A stretch of DNA of 62,730 bases, filler included, from Choristocarpus tenellus KU-1152 (Eukaryota; Protista; Phaeophyceae): assembly GCA_964200185.2 (NCBI GenBank). It is 11 parts of 11 records of this genome, joined end to end, with 100 filler letters (N's around TTAATTAATTAA, not from the genome) between each part and the next. Parts side by side here need not be neighbours in the genome. Positions count along the whole stretch, not along the records: positions 34,571 to 45,771 come from CAXNAD020002456.1; positions 45,872 to 56,615 come from CAXNAD020002744.1; 9 more parts are not named here. One strand, given 5' to 3'. Positions within the stretch are counted from its first letter, which is position 1; every line of letters begins with the position of its first letter. Made by a program: the position numbers and the translations under genes. Below the pieces are notes generated by a model. It saw nothing but the letters and a program-made list of their open reading frames with translations, was not told where the DNA came from and made no database searches. This document shows positions 40,175-54,376 of this stretch, one piece after another.

Positions 40175-41299
40175 GTATGTACCCTAACCCTAATCGCTAG
40201 TTCATGGTACACCTAACAACATTTATTCTTACTGGCTAGTTTTCAAAGATTGCAAAAACATAATCCTGACCCAAAGTTTAAGTCATTTGAGTTCTCTTGA
40301 GCAACATAATGTTGTAAGATTGCTCCATAAAAATCTTTGTAGTACTGGGAATTTCTCTTTAGGGTTATATATAGAGTGCTCCATATTGCACCTCGAACAA
40401 CATTCGACTCAAGTTTAGCAGCCGTTAATTTTATGCCCATGTCACTCAACTTCAATAGATATACTTCGTAAAATAATATCTGTACCCTGTAACATCCAGT
40501 CCAAAACATTCCGCATTTGTATAACATATATTGTAATATTACTTTCGTTTTGTCTTGTAAGAGATTCAGTCCAAGAAATAGGTGATATGTATTATGGTAG
40601 AACAAGATTTGCAATTGTTCTGAAAAATTGGTGATGGTAGTGATGGTGGTGATGGTGGTCATGGTAATGTTACACACATTGACCAAATCAGAAAAGACGA
40701 CTGATCCAAAATGTAGTCTTGACTTTTACTCTCAAGTTTTTTCCAGTGGATGAAGTTGAAAATTGATAGGAATTTTTCTATTGAAATTTTCAGACAATAA
40801 ATTGGAGCCCAGAAATCGTTTGAGCTCATGATGATGTATTTTTTTGTACCACCTTTTTTTGAAATTTAAATATCAAAAATGCCCTTAGAAAATGGGGGAA
40901 AGTGTCACTGTAGAGTAGAGGTCATTGGAAGGTCATTTTGTTTGTTTTTTATAGGGGAAACTAGAGTGATAATCTCGTAATTAAGCCCAGATCTGGAAAG
41001 ATGTGTGAGTCCTAGCAGCAAGGTGCTGGATAATTCCTCTCGAACCCTGCCTTGGATGTGATCTGCTGATAGAATATATTGGTTAGTAGTATAAAGGTGT
41101 GCTTTAGATGCTACGAGTGCCTTGTGGTCTTGGTTCCTCTAGCTGACCATGATTACTAGTACTGTAAATTGTAGCAATTGAATTGGTCTGGTTTGATTAT
41201 ATTGCAGTTTAACTGAAACCGAAAATCTCGGAATGGATTAGCTCTTTTTTTGTTCTCTTTATGGGTATATTGGTATATTGGTATATTTGTAGGAGAGGA

Positions 41300-42010
41300 C
41301 GAACAAAGGCACACAAACAACGAAGGGCAACCCAGAGGGTTTAAGTGGGAGCAGGTCCTGGCTACTTATCTGGACCTCACAACCAACATCCTTAGGGGAT
41401 TCCAGAGAGTGAGCATGATCAAGACATTTATTTGTAGGCAGATGGAGAAGGAGGTTCTAGGCATTATGGAGGAGGATACCACAGAGCACAGGAGGCATAG
41501 AATAGTTCAGTGGTGGAACCAAGCTTATGTCCACGTCATGTCTATCATGAGTGGAGTATCCCTTCCATAAATGACAGAAGGGGCATGTATGAGCTTCCCT
41601 TGCAATAATGGGGGAAATTCACCTGGTGGTGGTGAGATATTGAAACACACACAGTGAGGGAGGACATGGAGGAAATATCACATGTAGAGGTTGATGCCTT
41701 CAAGATTGCCTGAGGAGGGCCCCAAACAATTGACATGTACAGTGGATCTTACAACAACCCACTCATCAAGTGGTGGTGGGAAAGGAGATCAAAATTTCCG
41801 TGGCTGGCAAGACTTGACCGCTGCATTTTTGCCATTCCTGCTACACAAGCAGACTCAGAGTTTATATTCTCAACAGATGAGAAAATTGTGACCTAAAAAC
41901 GAACAGTGACTGTACCCAGGTTATAACTGTCTTCCTTTGCAATGCCTGTATGATGGTTGTTGCACGGGAGGCTGCCAAGAAAGGCAACAGAAAGGAAACC
42001 ATCTGAAGAC
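41300..42010 (+). mobile_element. Decayed hAT transposase C-terminus
   Basis: Near 41760-41900 reads PLIKWWWERRSKFPWLARLDRCIFAIPATQADSEFIFSTDEKIVT*KR, the hAT dimerization domain. Confidence 0.8.
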
Positions 42011-42293
42011 TGCAACAACAATATGTATGCATCAAAGTGTATCTAGTAGTGAGAAAAACAGGACAGAAATGAAGAGTGCCTGACCCTTTGCCTTGCAGCA
42101 CTGTGCAGCAGTTGGTGATTGGTCACCCAAAGTCACCCAAAGTGCACCATTGGATTATGATCGATTACATCAAAACTATTTGATTCTATTCATCTTGCTC
42201 ATAAATCATTTCAATTCACAACACTAATGAATAAGTGTAAGGGGGTGGGGCACAGAAGCGCGTGCTAACCCTAACCCTAAGTACACATTAAGT

Positions 42294-42365
42294 GGGTTTC
42301 TCGTGGCTCAGAGGTTAAGGAGGATGTTCCCTGCATTAATTTTTCTGGTTGAACCCCATTGGGGT
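42294..42365 (+). repeat. tRNA-derived SINE-like head
   Basis: A-box-like GTGGCTCAGAGGTTAAG and B-box-like GGTTGAACCC. No intact cloverleaf. Preceded by (CCCTAA)n. Confidence 0.35.
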
Positions 42366-42791
42366 ATGACTTCTTTTTTGTAAGTCTTCCTTCTGATTAT
42401 CCAATTTCACGTGGCAACCAATATGGATTGTACATTTCTACTATCCTATCTGTTGTTATGCTATGTGTTGTTATGCCACAAAAGACCGATATTGAGTTGG
42501 AAATGTCGAGGGACAACTGGTGTGAGTACTGAAACCTATGTGCAAGAAACAACAAGTAGCAGAGGCAGTACAATCATTCGTAGTGTGGTGTGCAGTGCAT
42601 CTGACCATTTTTGGGATAACCTCCAGACTAATGTGAAGACATCAACTAGTTAAGCCTTGCATTGTTACCTGTCCATTATATGGTCAAAGTAACTAGAACA
42701 GAACATGAGACAATGAACACATCTGGTGGATGATGTGCTACATCTAACACAAAACACACTGTCGAATATGACACCTTATCAATAGATCCTT

Positions 42792-42793
<2 letters not shown>

Positions 42794-42823
<30 letters not shown>
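42794..42823. repeat. (ATT)n microsatellite
   Basis: About ten ATT units. Confidence 0.95.
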
Positions 42824-42826
<3 letters not shown>

Positions 42827-45039
42827 TTCACATGAGTCTGAAGGATCCTGAGCCAAGAGTTGGCTAGAGAGAAGCAATAATAACACAATACTTGGAAATA
42901 TATGAATGTATGGTACTATTAATAGTGATACAGACAATATGAAATGAAAAATGGAACCTGGAAGAGCAACACTTGAAACAACATTTGAATGCCAGTAGAT
43001 CTTAATGCACACTACTCTGTTTGGGCTACCGTAGTTATTCCTTTTGCATGGTCTACTTCACCTGACATGTGTCCATAAAGTACTTGGTTACATCTAGCAC
43101 ATAGTTGTACCATTAATCTTGTACACCACCCCTGTATCTGACTACGTAGCCATTACCACCTCTACCTGTCATGCGCCATCCTACCACCAGTGGCATCTTC
43201 AGTGCATGAGACTACTTATATCAACCAAAGAGTTATTGTGCATCTTGGGGTCAATTGTCCTTGGTGTTAGATGATCTTAGACGAATTAATATATGATTTT
43301 TATTCTGGACCAAAGTGTTGCAATTTTTCTTCATGTGAAGATTTAACCTTAATATTGGCACTGCAATTTTATTAAACTATGGGCATGCTGTGTTCTCATG
43401 ACATTGATTAGTTTTGACTTAAGCTTAGGAGCCTAAGACTGCTGAATATGTATGAGGGGAGCAAGTGGAAGAGAACAGGAAGGCGATTGATTTCTGAAAA
43501 AGCGCAAGGCTCAGCCTACTGCCTAAAGTGGGGTGATGCCTAAATTTTGTTGAGGAGACCTCGTTTGTAACACAGTTTTTGGACAAGAGTGTGTGATGTT
43601 GTTGTTCCTCATGTTGTAGGCCCCCGTAACACCCTCTCTATAATATACTATTCACTATATACATGATACACAAATTTGTACCATCAATTTGTGTGAGTGT
43701 TATGTACACAATGTGTGTGTGCACAGAATAATACTATATTACAAGAAACACACAGCATCCAATTAACAAAATGTGCTATGCCCCAAATCAACAAAAACAT
43801 GTACTCTCTAGTAAGGCATGTGTTACGTCTCATGATACTTCTTATACCCAACATGTTAGGTCTCATAACACTCAAGTTCAAATTGTGTGCAATATAGCTT
43901 TTTCCTGCAATTTTTTAGTTCAAAACATATGTAGCAGGTGTCATTTCCCATAGTGCTCAAATCCAAAAATACTTAGAATACGCTCTGTCCATAGCATATG
44001 CCAAAATCTTGACGCAAAATGTGAACGTGAATGTGTTCAGAAGGTGATAGATTAGGGTTAGGGTATGCAATGAATGCCAACCGACCACATCACCAAGAGG
44101 AAGAAAGAACATATGCTTCTCTTCACTCATTTCTCTTTCAATGGGAGCACCAAGGTTTATTGTAGTTCTATATCACAAACTATATCCTTCTCAGAGGGAA
44201 TTTGGACATTTTTTTGTCCAGTACATTGTGGTATGATTCAATCTATTTTATTAGTAGTGAATCCACACAAATACTTTTTTGGCGAAGCTATGTTTATATA
44301 TATAGCTACACTTCCTATTGATGTGACACTTGCCAACGAACTTCCTCGCCAGTCACATATCACAACTGTTGATATTATAGGAATTATTGGATTCTTGTTC
44401 AAGTCATGCCCACATAAAGAAAAGCTGATCTCATACTTGCTGCCATGTGTATGTATCCCTAGCTGTATCCTGCATTGTGCGAAATAGGTACGGTGTTTAA
44501 TTAATTAATTTTATTTGAGATTTTGAACACATTACTACCACAGTACTGACCTGCTTACTATCGGAGGTTTAACACTGCAAGCTGAAAATTGCATGTACTT
44601 CTCCTTTCGCAATTACATAAAACATTACTTTTGCAAGCTCCATTCTTGCCGGGAAATGTCCCATGTGATAAACCTTGTGGACAAGCTTTAGTTCTCACAT
44701 AGATTGGAAGGCATGCAAAGTTTGCAATGGTGGATTATTGTAGCTGTGGAGGATTGCCAGTGCAAAGTTGGCCAACTTGCATATGACAGGGTTCAAAAAA
44801 CTTGTGAGACTATCAAAGCAGGTGTTTATTGGGATGATCTAGGACAAAGATCCATCGTCATTCGAGCGACTCACTCATCCACTTGTCACCTGTCAGTCCC
44901 AATTCTTCATTCCAGATTTCTGTCTGGGGTTAGGACTCAAGTCAGTACTCACCATGTTGGTGCAATGAGGTTACAATACTTGGAACTTCCCAAATCACTG
45001 TGTTCCTTATTCACATGAGTAGGGGAAGTGGGGTGTAAG

Positions 45040-45771
45040 TGGACAATCTATATGACTGGGTGCATGTAGACGATAAGTGGTGTTAAATCCTCAAAGATAG
45101 GTAAGGTGTGTACCCGTACCCCACTCAGGACCATCCCAAACTCACATGGGCTCAGAATAAGGGTTACATTATGAAGGTGATGTTCCTTGCATCTAGAAAG
45201 CTCTCAAATGGAGTGTGGTTTGATGAGAAAATCAGCATCTGGCAAATCATGGATGCTAAGGTCACTCAGTGCTCTAGCAAGTACTGCCCCAAGGACAACA
45301 AGGTGCTTGTGCTAGCCACGGTGAACAGGGACAGAGAGAGGTATAAGAAGATCACGATTGAGGATGTCATCTCGGCAATCAATACCCGTATGCGTGCCTA
45401 GTACACAAGTACACACCATCTTTATGCAGCAGGATAGGGCAAAGCCGCACACCAAGGTGGGGATCATGGAGGCAATTGAGGGGTTGGTGGGGGATAACAT
45501 TATCATCGAGACCCAGTCAGCCAGCTCACCTGATCTCAACATCAAGGATCTGAGATTCTTTCATTCCACCCAGCAACTGAAGGAAGACGTTGGGGTGACC
45601 AATACAGAGGAGCTGGTGGAGACTATGGAGGCATTTGGTGTGTACCCTGGGAGACACTAGAGTGTGTCTGGCAGAGCCTCTCCACAGTCTACAGTAAATT
45701 GCTGTGGTTGAAGGGTAATAACATGTTTTAAATTCCTCATTTTAGGAACAAAAAGGCCAAGAAGGCAAACA
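45040..45771 (+). mobile_element. Tc1/mariner transposase pseudogene (PlantMar/stramenopile type)
   Basis: WVHVDDKW, NKGYIMKVMFLA, SNGVWFDEKISIW and QQDRAKPH...SPDLNIKDLRFFHS, with frameshifts and stops. Confidence 0.9.
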
Positions 45772-46254
45772 NNNNNNNNNNNNNNNNNNNNNNNNNNNNN
45801 NNNNNNNNNNNNNNNTTAATTAATTAANNNNNNNNNNNNNNNNNNNNNNNNNNNNNNNNNNNNNNNNNNNNAGGAAGCGTTCCGCTTGCTTGCCGAGGCG
45901 CCCAAAAATTTCCACCGCAAAGGTGTTGAGGTTATAACTACATCAAAAGTTATGACGGGACAACCAGAGGGCGAAGCTACTGATACCACTATACTGTGTT
46001 ACACAATAGAAGGTGATTGTTGGGAAAAAGAATGAGTACACGAGAAAGGTACAGAGTCAATACGGGGTATACCTGAACATATCATCAACACTAAAATATA
46101 GTACATACATGATAAACAAAGGCTACACTGTCAGAGACACGAATGGGCGCCCGCCGGGTGGCAGCCGGTGCTGTAGCCGCCCTGGTTGTTGTGAAGGTCT
46201 CGGCTATAGGCTGGGAAAGGGTGCAAAACTCCCGTCTCACGCTTAACATCAAAC

Positions 46255-49200
46255 GTGAGATCCATAACAAATGCCAGAGATGTAGACTTCGCCACATTCG
46301 GCCCCCCATGCTTACCCACCCTCCATGACTTGCCAGGTGCACTCGTCAGTCCAGAGCTAGATGATTCATTGAAGAGTATAAAGGATGTTGTGACTGCCTT
46401 TGAGAGGGATGTTCGCAGTGAAGCCAGGGGGAATGACCGCTTCCCTGCACTGGTGAGCTTAGTTGAGAAGCTTTGCTGGTAACCCACTTCTAATCCCACT
46501 GAAAAGGTTTGTTTCTCCCACTTGCGACGTCTCCTACGTAAGATTTTTTTCTCGTTCAATTATCCACTTCCACGAACCAAGCCTAAAGCGCTGGTCTCGA
46601 CACCTACTCCAGGTGAACCTGTTAGTTCTCAATACAATTCACGAAAGAGGTGCAGCCGCACGAGATGCCGACGCTATACAATCACAACAGGAGCTTGAGC
46701 ATGATGGACGTGCAAAGAAAATTCAAAGAAGAAGGTGAGAATTATTAAACTATCAGCGTTCGACCCAACATTGTTTGCTCCCTATTGGTCACGGTGAGGA
46801 CATTTGGGGATTTTCGTGCCAGATGAAGTGTGTCTTGCACCAGAACACATTACCAAACGCTTACAGTTCCTGCTTGCCCCGGTCGTTCGTGATATTTCTG
46901 ATCAACCCTTGGATCTTGGATATCAAAGCGACAGCTTGCATATTATTAAACACCAAATGGTGATTCCTGTGTGACCGTTTCACGTTTTGGGCGCTTGCGA
47001 ATGATGGACAGGAGTCAATGCATTTCCGGTTGGAAGGAAGAACAAAAGTACAGGGTGGACGAAAAGATTGGCAAGGAAGCAGCACGCTATGTCCGATTTG
47101 CCATCTCAGCGTACGGGGTACTCATGCTGAAGGTATGTTTGCTCTAGTTTTTGAGTGTCAAGTGCGTCCTCTCTGTCCGTTGAGCGTCTGGTTTGATTGT
47201 TTGCAAGGACCTATAGAGCAGTTTTTTTGCAGTGCTATCATCTCATTGCCTGGCAAGCCCATAGAGTCTACACTTGGATCCGAGAGGTCAGTGACCTTTA
47301 AGTAAGCCTTGCAAATATGTGGAAAGATCCGCACTGTGCTTATTGTAGTGATAGTGAATGTTAAAGAGATTTTGGCGCATCCCTCTTGACTCGGAGATCA
47401 TGTGGACCAATGTCGAATAAATGTTCCTCAAGTTTCCCTTTAAGCTTTGAACTAGTTTAAATATTCCTCATTAGTTCCATTTCCTCATTTCCTGCCCTAT
47501 GGTGCTCAACAGGGGGCCAATGTTATGAGTTGGGATGTTGGCTTGCCGCCAGTCCATAAGCTCTCCATGAATGAGCTGAACCACTGGTGTATTTCAAGGT
47601 GAAGTGAACAGACTCATCTAATACCTTACAAATACCTTGATTTTGTCATTGAACTGATTAGCACCCTCTTAGGTGACTGAAAACGTCACAATATATCGCA
47701 GTAAACATGAACCCCAGCTACGATTTTTTTTCATGGTGCAGACACTCTGGCATCACTGAAGAGGACCTCATCAAAGCCAATTACGGCGAGCAGAGAGATC
47801 TCCACATACCAGGGTACTTCATTGCTGTGGATAAGACCACCTCCAGCATTGTCTTGTCCATTAGAGGCACGTTCTCCATGAAGGACATAATTACTGACCT
47901 TGTTTGCGACAGCGCAGGTGAACCTCAATATAAGGAACAACTGCTTATCCTATTTTGCATTTCCTTTTGTTGAGCCATAGGGATCAATATTTCAACAGGA
48001 ATGTGGTGTACCTTTGAGAAAGTCACTGGCGGTGATAAGGTGAGAAGCTGTATACCAGGTCCTTGCGCCGACCCCTTTGGCTTGCAATAGACGCCTGTGT
48101 GGGCTCCCCCTCTTCTTGCTTCTTTTTCATGAAGGTTGCTGTACTCTACTCGAGCACTACCATTACTACCACTACTGCTTCTTGCTATGTTGTGAAATCC
48201 TCGCCTGTTTTTGTTCAGATTTCTTAGGGGGGAAAGGTCACAGAGGCCTTTGTCAGAGTGCGGCAATGCTGCTAACAGATGTGAAGGATGACCTGTTGGA
48301 GCAGTTGAAGCAACACAAGGGTTTCCGGCTGGTGATCTGTGGGCACAGCCTTGGTGCAGGTGTATTTGGCGTTGTGACCAAACTTGTCATTTTTTGCATG
48401 GGGTGATTGCTATCATGTGTTGTTGTCTGGGATCACTGTTTGGACGTGCATACCATTGGAATTTTGCATTGGTGGTACAAGCTATGTCCCCAGCTTTTGG
48501 TGGTGTGACCACTCCTTGTTCACAAACATTAAAAACTGCTCAACTCCTATATGTTTTTGCTAGCAGGAGTGGGAATACTGCTAACAATGATGCTGCTGGA
48601 GCAGAGGCAAAAAATTGGCCTTGGCCAAACCATCATAAAGTGCTTTGCGTTCGCACCCCCTCCGGTGTTCACTCCTCTCACTGGGGCCCCCCATGGCACT
48701 GCAGATGCAGTACATGCCTTTGTTTTACGGAACGACATGGTCTGCAGATTGTCTTTGGCCAGTGCGTACAAGCTCTTCTGTGACCTCAAGGAGATCGACT
48801 CTGAGAATGTGAGCAAAAAGTACAGATCGAGTGCCTTTTGTGACTTGTTTTGCGCAGCATTTTGCATCGAAATCGTCGATAGTGTTGTGGTCGTTTTCCG
48901 TCCGGTGCCTGTCGTTATAGTGTGTGTGAGCTACTCTGTTCGAAGGAACCGACCTCTCCCCCTTCCCCTCCCTATCTTTTTTATCTTTCAGGCGAGCTTG
49001 CCGCAGCGAGTCAGGTACCTTGCACGGGAGAGGCGTCCTCACATTGGTGTCCAGGACGATGGGAACGGCTTGATTGGAATGAATGTTGACTACCGTTACG
49101 CCACAATCCTGAAGCGTTCGACAAAGAGGGCTTGGAATATCAAGAGTAGGGGTCAGCAAACAAAAGTTGAAAGCGGTGAAGGCAGTGCCTCTACAAACAA

Positions 49201-51148
49201 TGGTTGCATCGGTGAGGTGGACAGCAGCAATCCCGTGGAAGACTTTGTGAACAGGAAAGTGGGCAGAGATTTTATGGGAGGTGGTGTACAGGAGGGGGGG
49301 CGATCAAGGCATGCCGATGGTGTCGGGCGTGGAGATGTCGGTGATCTCAATGGCTCAACCCCCAAGTATGATGAATTGAAGATTCCAGGACAGATCTATC
49401 GAATGAGTAAATGTATTGTGGAGCAGCCAAGTGAAGGCAAGGATTCCATGTCTGGAGTTGGACGGCGAGGTTCGATGGCATACTGGATAGAGAGGGCAAG
49501 AGAGGACGAGGTGAGGTAGATGGTTTGAGAGACTTGGTGTACTGCCATGACACTGCTTTGGTCGTATCCTCAGGGTAAGTGTGTTGTGATGGAGATGTGC
49601 ATGATTGTGTGTGTATTTTTGTAGAGTTGTTGTGCGTGATTTGTGGTACTCAGTAAAAAAAAAAATCGATCCCTGTTCGTTCGCTTTTCATATGTGTGTA
49701 TTTTTTTTACTGATTCACGTTTGTGCTCTAGACTGGTATGAGATACCCCAGATTGTGGGTGATGCGGGGACAACCAAATGCTTCCAGTCCTAGACTGGGA
49801 GGTATATGTTAGACCATAGACCAGACATACAGAGTGCCACTGTTTTGTATGGGAAAATATTTTTTTTCATGTCAGAGAAGGAGATTGTGATGCCCTGTGT
49901 TTTACCCCCTGCAATGGCAAATACAACAATTTATTTATTTGGGGGTATGGTATGCTTTGAGGGATCCAAAATATTAATGGAATGAGAGTTTGCACTACCA
50001 ATATTGGGGGTATTGTGGCGTTGTGGTAGAGGTGAGGGCCTTTTCCTCTCTGTCCTCCGTCAAACAATAAAATCCTTTTAGTGCAACATTCGTTCTATGT
50101 GAAATGAAACTCTGCTTTGAGTGCCTCACCTGGATAGTATGCATTGCCATCAGCTGCGGACTCAAACATAACTATTGCTTTGTACACCCGACAGATGTTA
50201 TGTTATGTGGTACATACCATTTGCTGCCATCTAGGAATATGTTGTTTGTTGCTTCTGATTTTTATCTTTCCCAGTAATGACGCATGTTTCTTCTGTATGG
50301 TAGGAGCCTAGCTTCTGTAATCTGCCTTCCTGGTAGTACCACAGTACTACCATAATCTGTTTAAATTATACTTTGTTGTATAATTTTTGTTCTGATTCTG
50401 TTGTTTGATGACTCTCAATGCCGAAATTGAAGTGTTACACATAATGAGAAAGAAACTATTGCATACGTGTGCAGGCCTCATCGTAGTGTTAAAAGTAGCT
50501 ACAGCGGCATGCGGTGGATTGGCCCCTGGCAGGTTTCAGGGGTAAGTTGGATAGGCGAGGAAGATACGTATTTTAATCCTCTTTGTCCCCTCTGCCTCTT
50601 GTGTGTGTCACCCTCCTTCAGTCTATAAACAACTAACATATGAATGTAGTTTTCTTCTGTAATAGTAGCGTTTTTTTTCTTTTTCACCTTTTAATTATTA
50701 TTTTGGCACCAGTAGTTTGTTCCGAAACACTTCCATATGCCTACGTCCCATGTTTCCGTTTAGTGAAAGTGTCACAGCCCTTGCTTCGGTTTGGATCAAC
50801 GCTAGTAAGCTGCCTATCAAGCTGCATGTTTCTGTTACCCTGCTTTGTACACCTAAATTCAGACCTTGGCTTTCACTTGAGTCTTCTGAATACACTTCTA
50901 AATGACATACTGCACACGCACACGCTCATGCACATACAAACAAGCAAAGAGTAATCTGTTTTCATCAATATACGTGCCCAATGGTGTCTGTTGTCTGTTG
51001 TATGTTGTATGTTGTATGTTGTCTATTGTGTGTGAAGTTTGAGCGGTTACTGTTTGTGGACACAGCAATCATGGACCATCTTCCAAAGGGGTACGAAGAG
51101 GCGCTCCATGCACTCTTCGGGGATGGCCTTACCAGTGATCAAAGCTAA
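46255..51148 (+). CDS. Class-3 lipase, diacylglycerol-lipase-like. Exons ~46260-46452, 46613-46734, 47012-47132, 47513-47598, 47742-47917, 48219-48359, 48567-48808, 48992-49510, 51038-51148; start possibly ATG 46143
   Basis: YVRFAISAYG, IVLSIRGTFSMKDIITDL, HRGL, nucleophile elbow GHSLGAG, CFAFAPPPV, DMVCRLS and MDHLPKGY give a complete Ser-Asp-His triad. Junctions are phase-consistent from 46452 onward. Confidence 0.92.
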
Positions 51149-52299
51149 CCACTTTTTTTCTTGCCCATTTGCTGGTTCTGAACACTGCCAAATTTGTCTA
51201 CTTTCCCTGGTAGAGATGAGGTTGTGAGATCCCTTTTCTGACCTTACTGCATCTATTTCCATGGGGTGTCTGCCTCATATTGCACTGCAATGTCCTGCTA
51301 TTGTTACAACAGGGTGCTTCATGTGGAACATTAACCTTTATGCTTTGTACCTTTCAACACTAATCCTAAGCTTTGAGTAGGGCTGATTGGTTTGTGACCT
51401 AAAATTGTTAAATATGTGTACATATTACACCTGCAGAGTAGAGTAGATTCATTGCTTGTCGTGGTTTCTACTTCTTTTGAAGTTGCCTCAATTTTAATAG
51501 GAAATATAAATCTATTTCTGTTCTGTGCGCATTAGTCACATTCTATACTACTACATAGTAATGTGCTACCATGGTCGGCTTTGCTATTTCATAGCAATGC
51601 TAGCTGCGGATACCACAATGCTTTGTACTTGTTAAGTTGATCGATTCCCAAGGTGAACTCACCTTTTTTACCTCCATAGACTATAATTGCCCCCAATTCC
51701 GTTCTGCTCTAATCTGCATAACATTTCCTATTGCCAGAGAATTTTTTTTGAAGATAATATACGTGGAATTCCTTCCACCTTTCAAGGCAAATCCATAGCA
51801 TCATGCTCGAGAGTGCAGGTTTACAAGCCCAGTGGATCCGGAAAATTTTCGTTTAAAGTCATCAGCGAGTCTATGAAAATGTATCCTTTTGAATATTGTT
51901 CTAGAATTATTATACATGATTAAATCGTTCCACCAATTTTATAGGTTCTCGAATGTCTTATCCTGACAATCTTAGTAAACTACCATTTCTTCAAACTGCT
52001 GGGAACTACTACCTCTGTCTCAAAATGTAAGATCAATATGGATATCATCCGTCGATTCTTACTCTTTTCGAAATTTCGAATTTGGGTGAGGTACTGCTAC
52101 CTGCCAACCCGGTGTGATTACGGGTCAAGTAGAACTTGAGATTTAAAGATCCTGGTCCAAGGTCTTTCAACTACCTTCAGACAATGATGTCTGTTGAGGA
52201 AAGGGATGGGATGATGCAAAAGAGGAAGAATCTGATGGATTTGAGGAGAAGGGCCATGATTGTGGATCTCCTTACAGACATCTGGAAATGACATTTTGC

Positions 52300-52620
52300 C
52301 GAAAGAGAACTTCAAATGAGTTGCTGGTGTGTTTGGTGCCTCCTGGTTTAGCATGAGCAGGCTATGGAAGTGTATTGCCAGGAGAAGGACCAGCTGGTAT
52401 CCTCGATCCTGACGCCAACTAGCTATGGAAGGAGAACAGTGGCTGCAAAGTTATCCATGTGGTCAAACTTTGGGAGGTCATGAAGTTCATCCCCATTGAG
52501 GGCCATACAAATCTGTGTGGGTGGTCAGCAAAGTTTGACATCCACAGGTCTATGCTCCACAAAAGTCTCAAGCAGCTTGGTGTGGACAACCCTATTGATC
52601 GTAATGGAGTTGATTTTATG
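52300..52620 (+). mobile_element. Possible mariner transposase N-terminal HTH remnant
   Basis: IPIEGHTNLCGWSAKFDIHRSMLHKSLKQLG resembles the PlantMar-type HTH. Confidence 0.35.
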
Positions 52621-54117
52621 GGGGACAACACCTACAAACTGCATCTGAGGAAGGACACAGATGTACGGGCTGGCAGAGCTCATGCTAGAAGGCGCTTCCG
52701 TGCACAACCCAGTGGCTTGTTGGTTGGCCAGAATGCTCTTGGTAGTGTGTAGAGAGTGCGTAAGTCACTAATTGATTAAGATACATGCTCAAATGGGCAG
52801 AAACGTGTGTTTATAATGTGTTTGGAAATATACATATTGATCACATTTTTGAGACAGTGACCTGCATACCCAAACATGTACTGGGAATTTCTTTTGGGCC
52901 CCTCAACCATGTTGATTGCATGATTTGACCCTTTGCTGACCAGCAGCATGTCATTAACCTACAGAAGCAAAGTCAAGAAAACCCCTACTAAAAATGTAGT
53001 ATCCAAGGAACTCCGAAAAATATTCCAACCCCATCTCCAGATGATATATCCCGCAGTACCTTGAACCCTGTACATTTTCATTCAGCAACTTATACAGGTT
53101 GCCCACTAATTCTTCATCAAATCCCTCCACAGTAGCTCCCATCCCTATGGTTGCACTCCCATTATTGTGTTACCTGCTTCACCAACGTTGTAACAAACTA
53201 TAGTGTAGATATAGTTTCCCTTGGCCAGTTGTGACCAAAACTTAGGTCAAGACAAGTAAATCCTAGGCCAAGTTACACTACACTGCCCTGTTGTTGAGGG
53301 TTGCTCAACAAGGACTTCCTTACCCATCATCTATTAAAGACACGTGATCGTCCCTTGAGCCCTCCAAACAACTCCTTAACCCCTTCTTGGAACATTTGCC
53401 ATCCTCTCCAGCATCCTTCATCCTCACTTCATTTAGGCAACCTTATGCTGGACTGGAAGTTAACTGGCCCGCAGTCTGACCCTGCTACATTTCTGAAAAT
53501 GGCTCTGCCTGGTTGAAAGATATCTTACCAGGGTCGCCCTGTGACCCAGTCCAGTTAAGGTACAGGTTTTTAGGCCCTGGCGAGGCCTTGTTCAATTACT
53601 TTTAACCTGAGCCATTATCTCAAGAGCGCATCTATATATGCTGAGGTCCCTGTAGTTGGGCGTGTGTAAAGTATGTGCGAAAAAGCGCAAACGGTGCTCC
53701 ATCTAATCCAAAAAAACACTAGCACAATTTGAAAAGCTCTCCTCCTCTCTTCGTAACAGTGGAGTTAGCAATTATCGCTAGACACACGTTTCAGACACCT
53801 CCCCCTTCCCTTTGACCTGTAGTTCGACAATTTTTCTAAACATAGTGAATGGAGTGGTTGCCGCAGCATGTAGTTTGTATGCTATCTGGCTGGGACCTCG
53901 CCTGTGACATGTTCATAACTAGTTAAGAATTCCTTGTAAGCCACTATTGAAGGTCAAACTTATGCACAGATCCCATGGGTACAGAGAGATCAAATTTGCA
54001 CAGGCAAACACAGACATATCCTGTGCCTTTCCTGGTGCTGTTGGAACTATGACTGCTATATGCTTTCCCTCCTCTTTTCTTGCAGGCACAAACCACATAG
54101 TCCTCACCAGTGCATTT

Positions 54118-54376
54118 GAGTCAAAGTATCTTAGAGGGTAGAGCCATGTCCGTTTGGGGGCCAAAATCCAATTTTGTGATTTTAACGTAATTTTGGCTAT
54201 TGTGTTTGTTAGGAAGTGTCAATATCCATGGTCCAGACGCACCTTTTCATAGCGCATACATTTTTCCTACTCTGAAAAATTTCGAAGTAGATAAAATGCC
54301 ATTATAAACCCGTGGGAAGCCAAGCCCCAAATGGACAAACAGGGCAAAACTCATACCCTCTAAGATACTTGCACTC
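54118..54376. mobile_element. Full-length MITE, opposite orientation to the 35028 copy
   Basis: TIRs GAGTCAAAGTATCTTAGAGGGTA and TACCCTCTAAGATACTTGCACTC. Interior is the reverse complement of the other copies. No clean TSD. Confidence 0.85.

Noticed and set aside
49731-49830. Alternative last exon for the lipase (MLDHRP)
   Set aside because: Phase and acceptor fit poorly. Exon 51038-51148 supplies a better in-phase MDHLPKGY.
52950-53280. Second Penelope-like RT remnant
   Set aside because: Only vague motif resemblance, with no intact DD motif.
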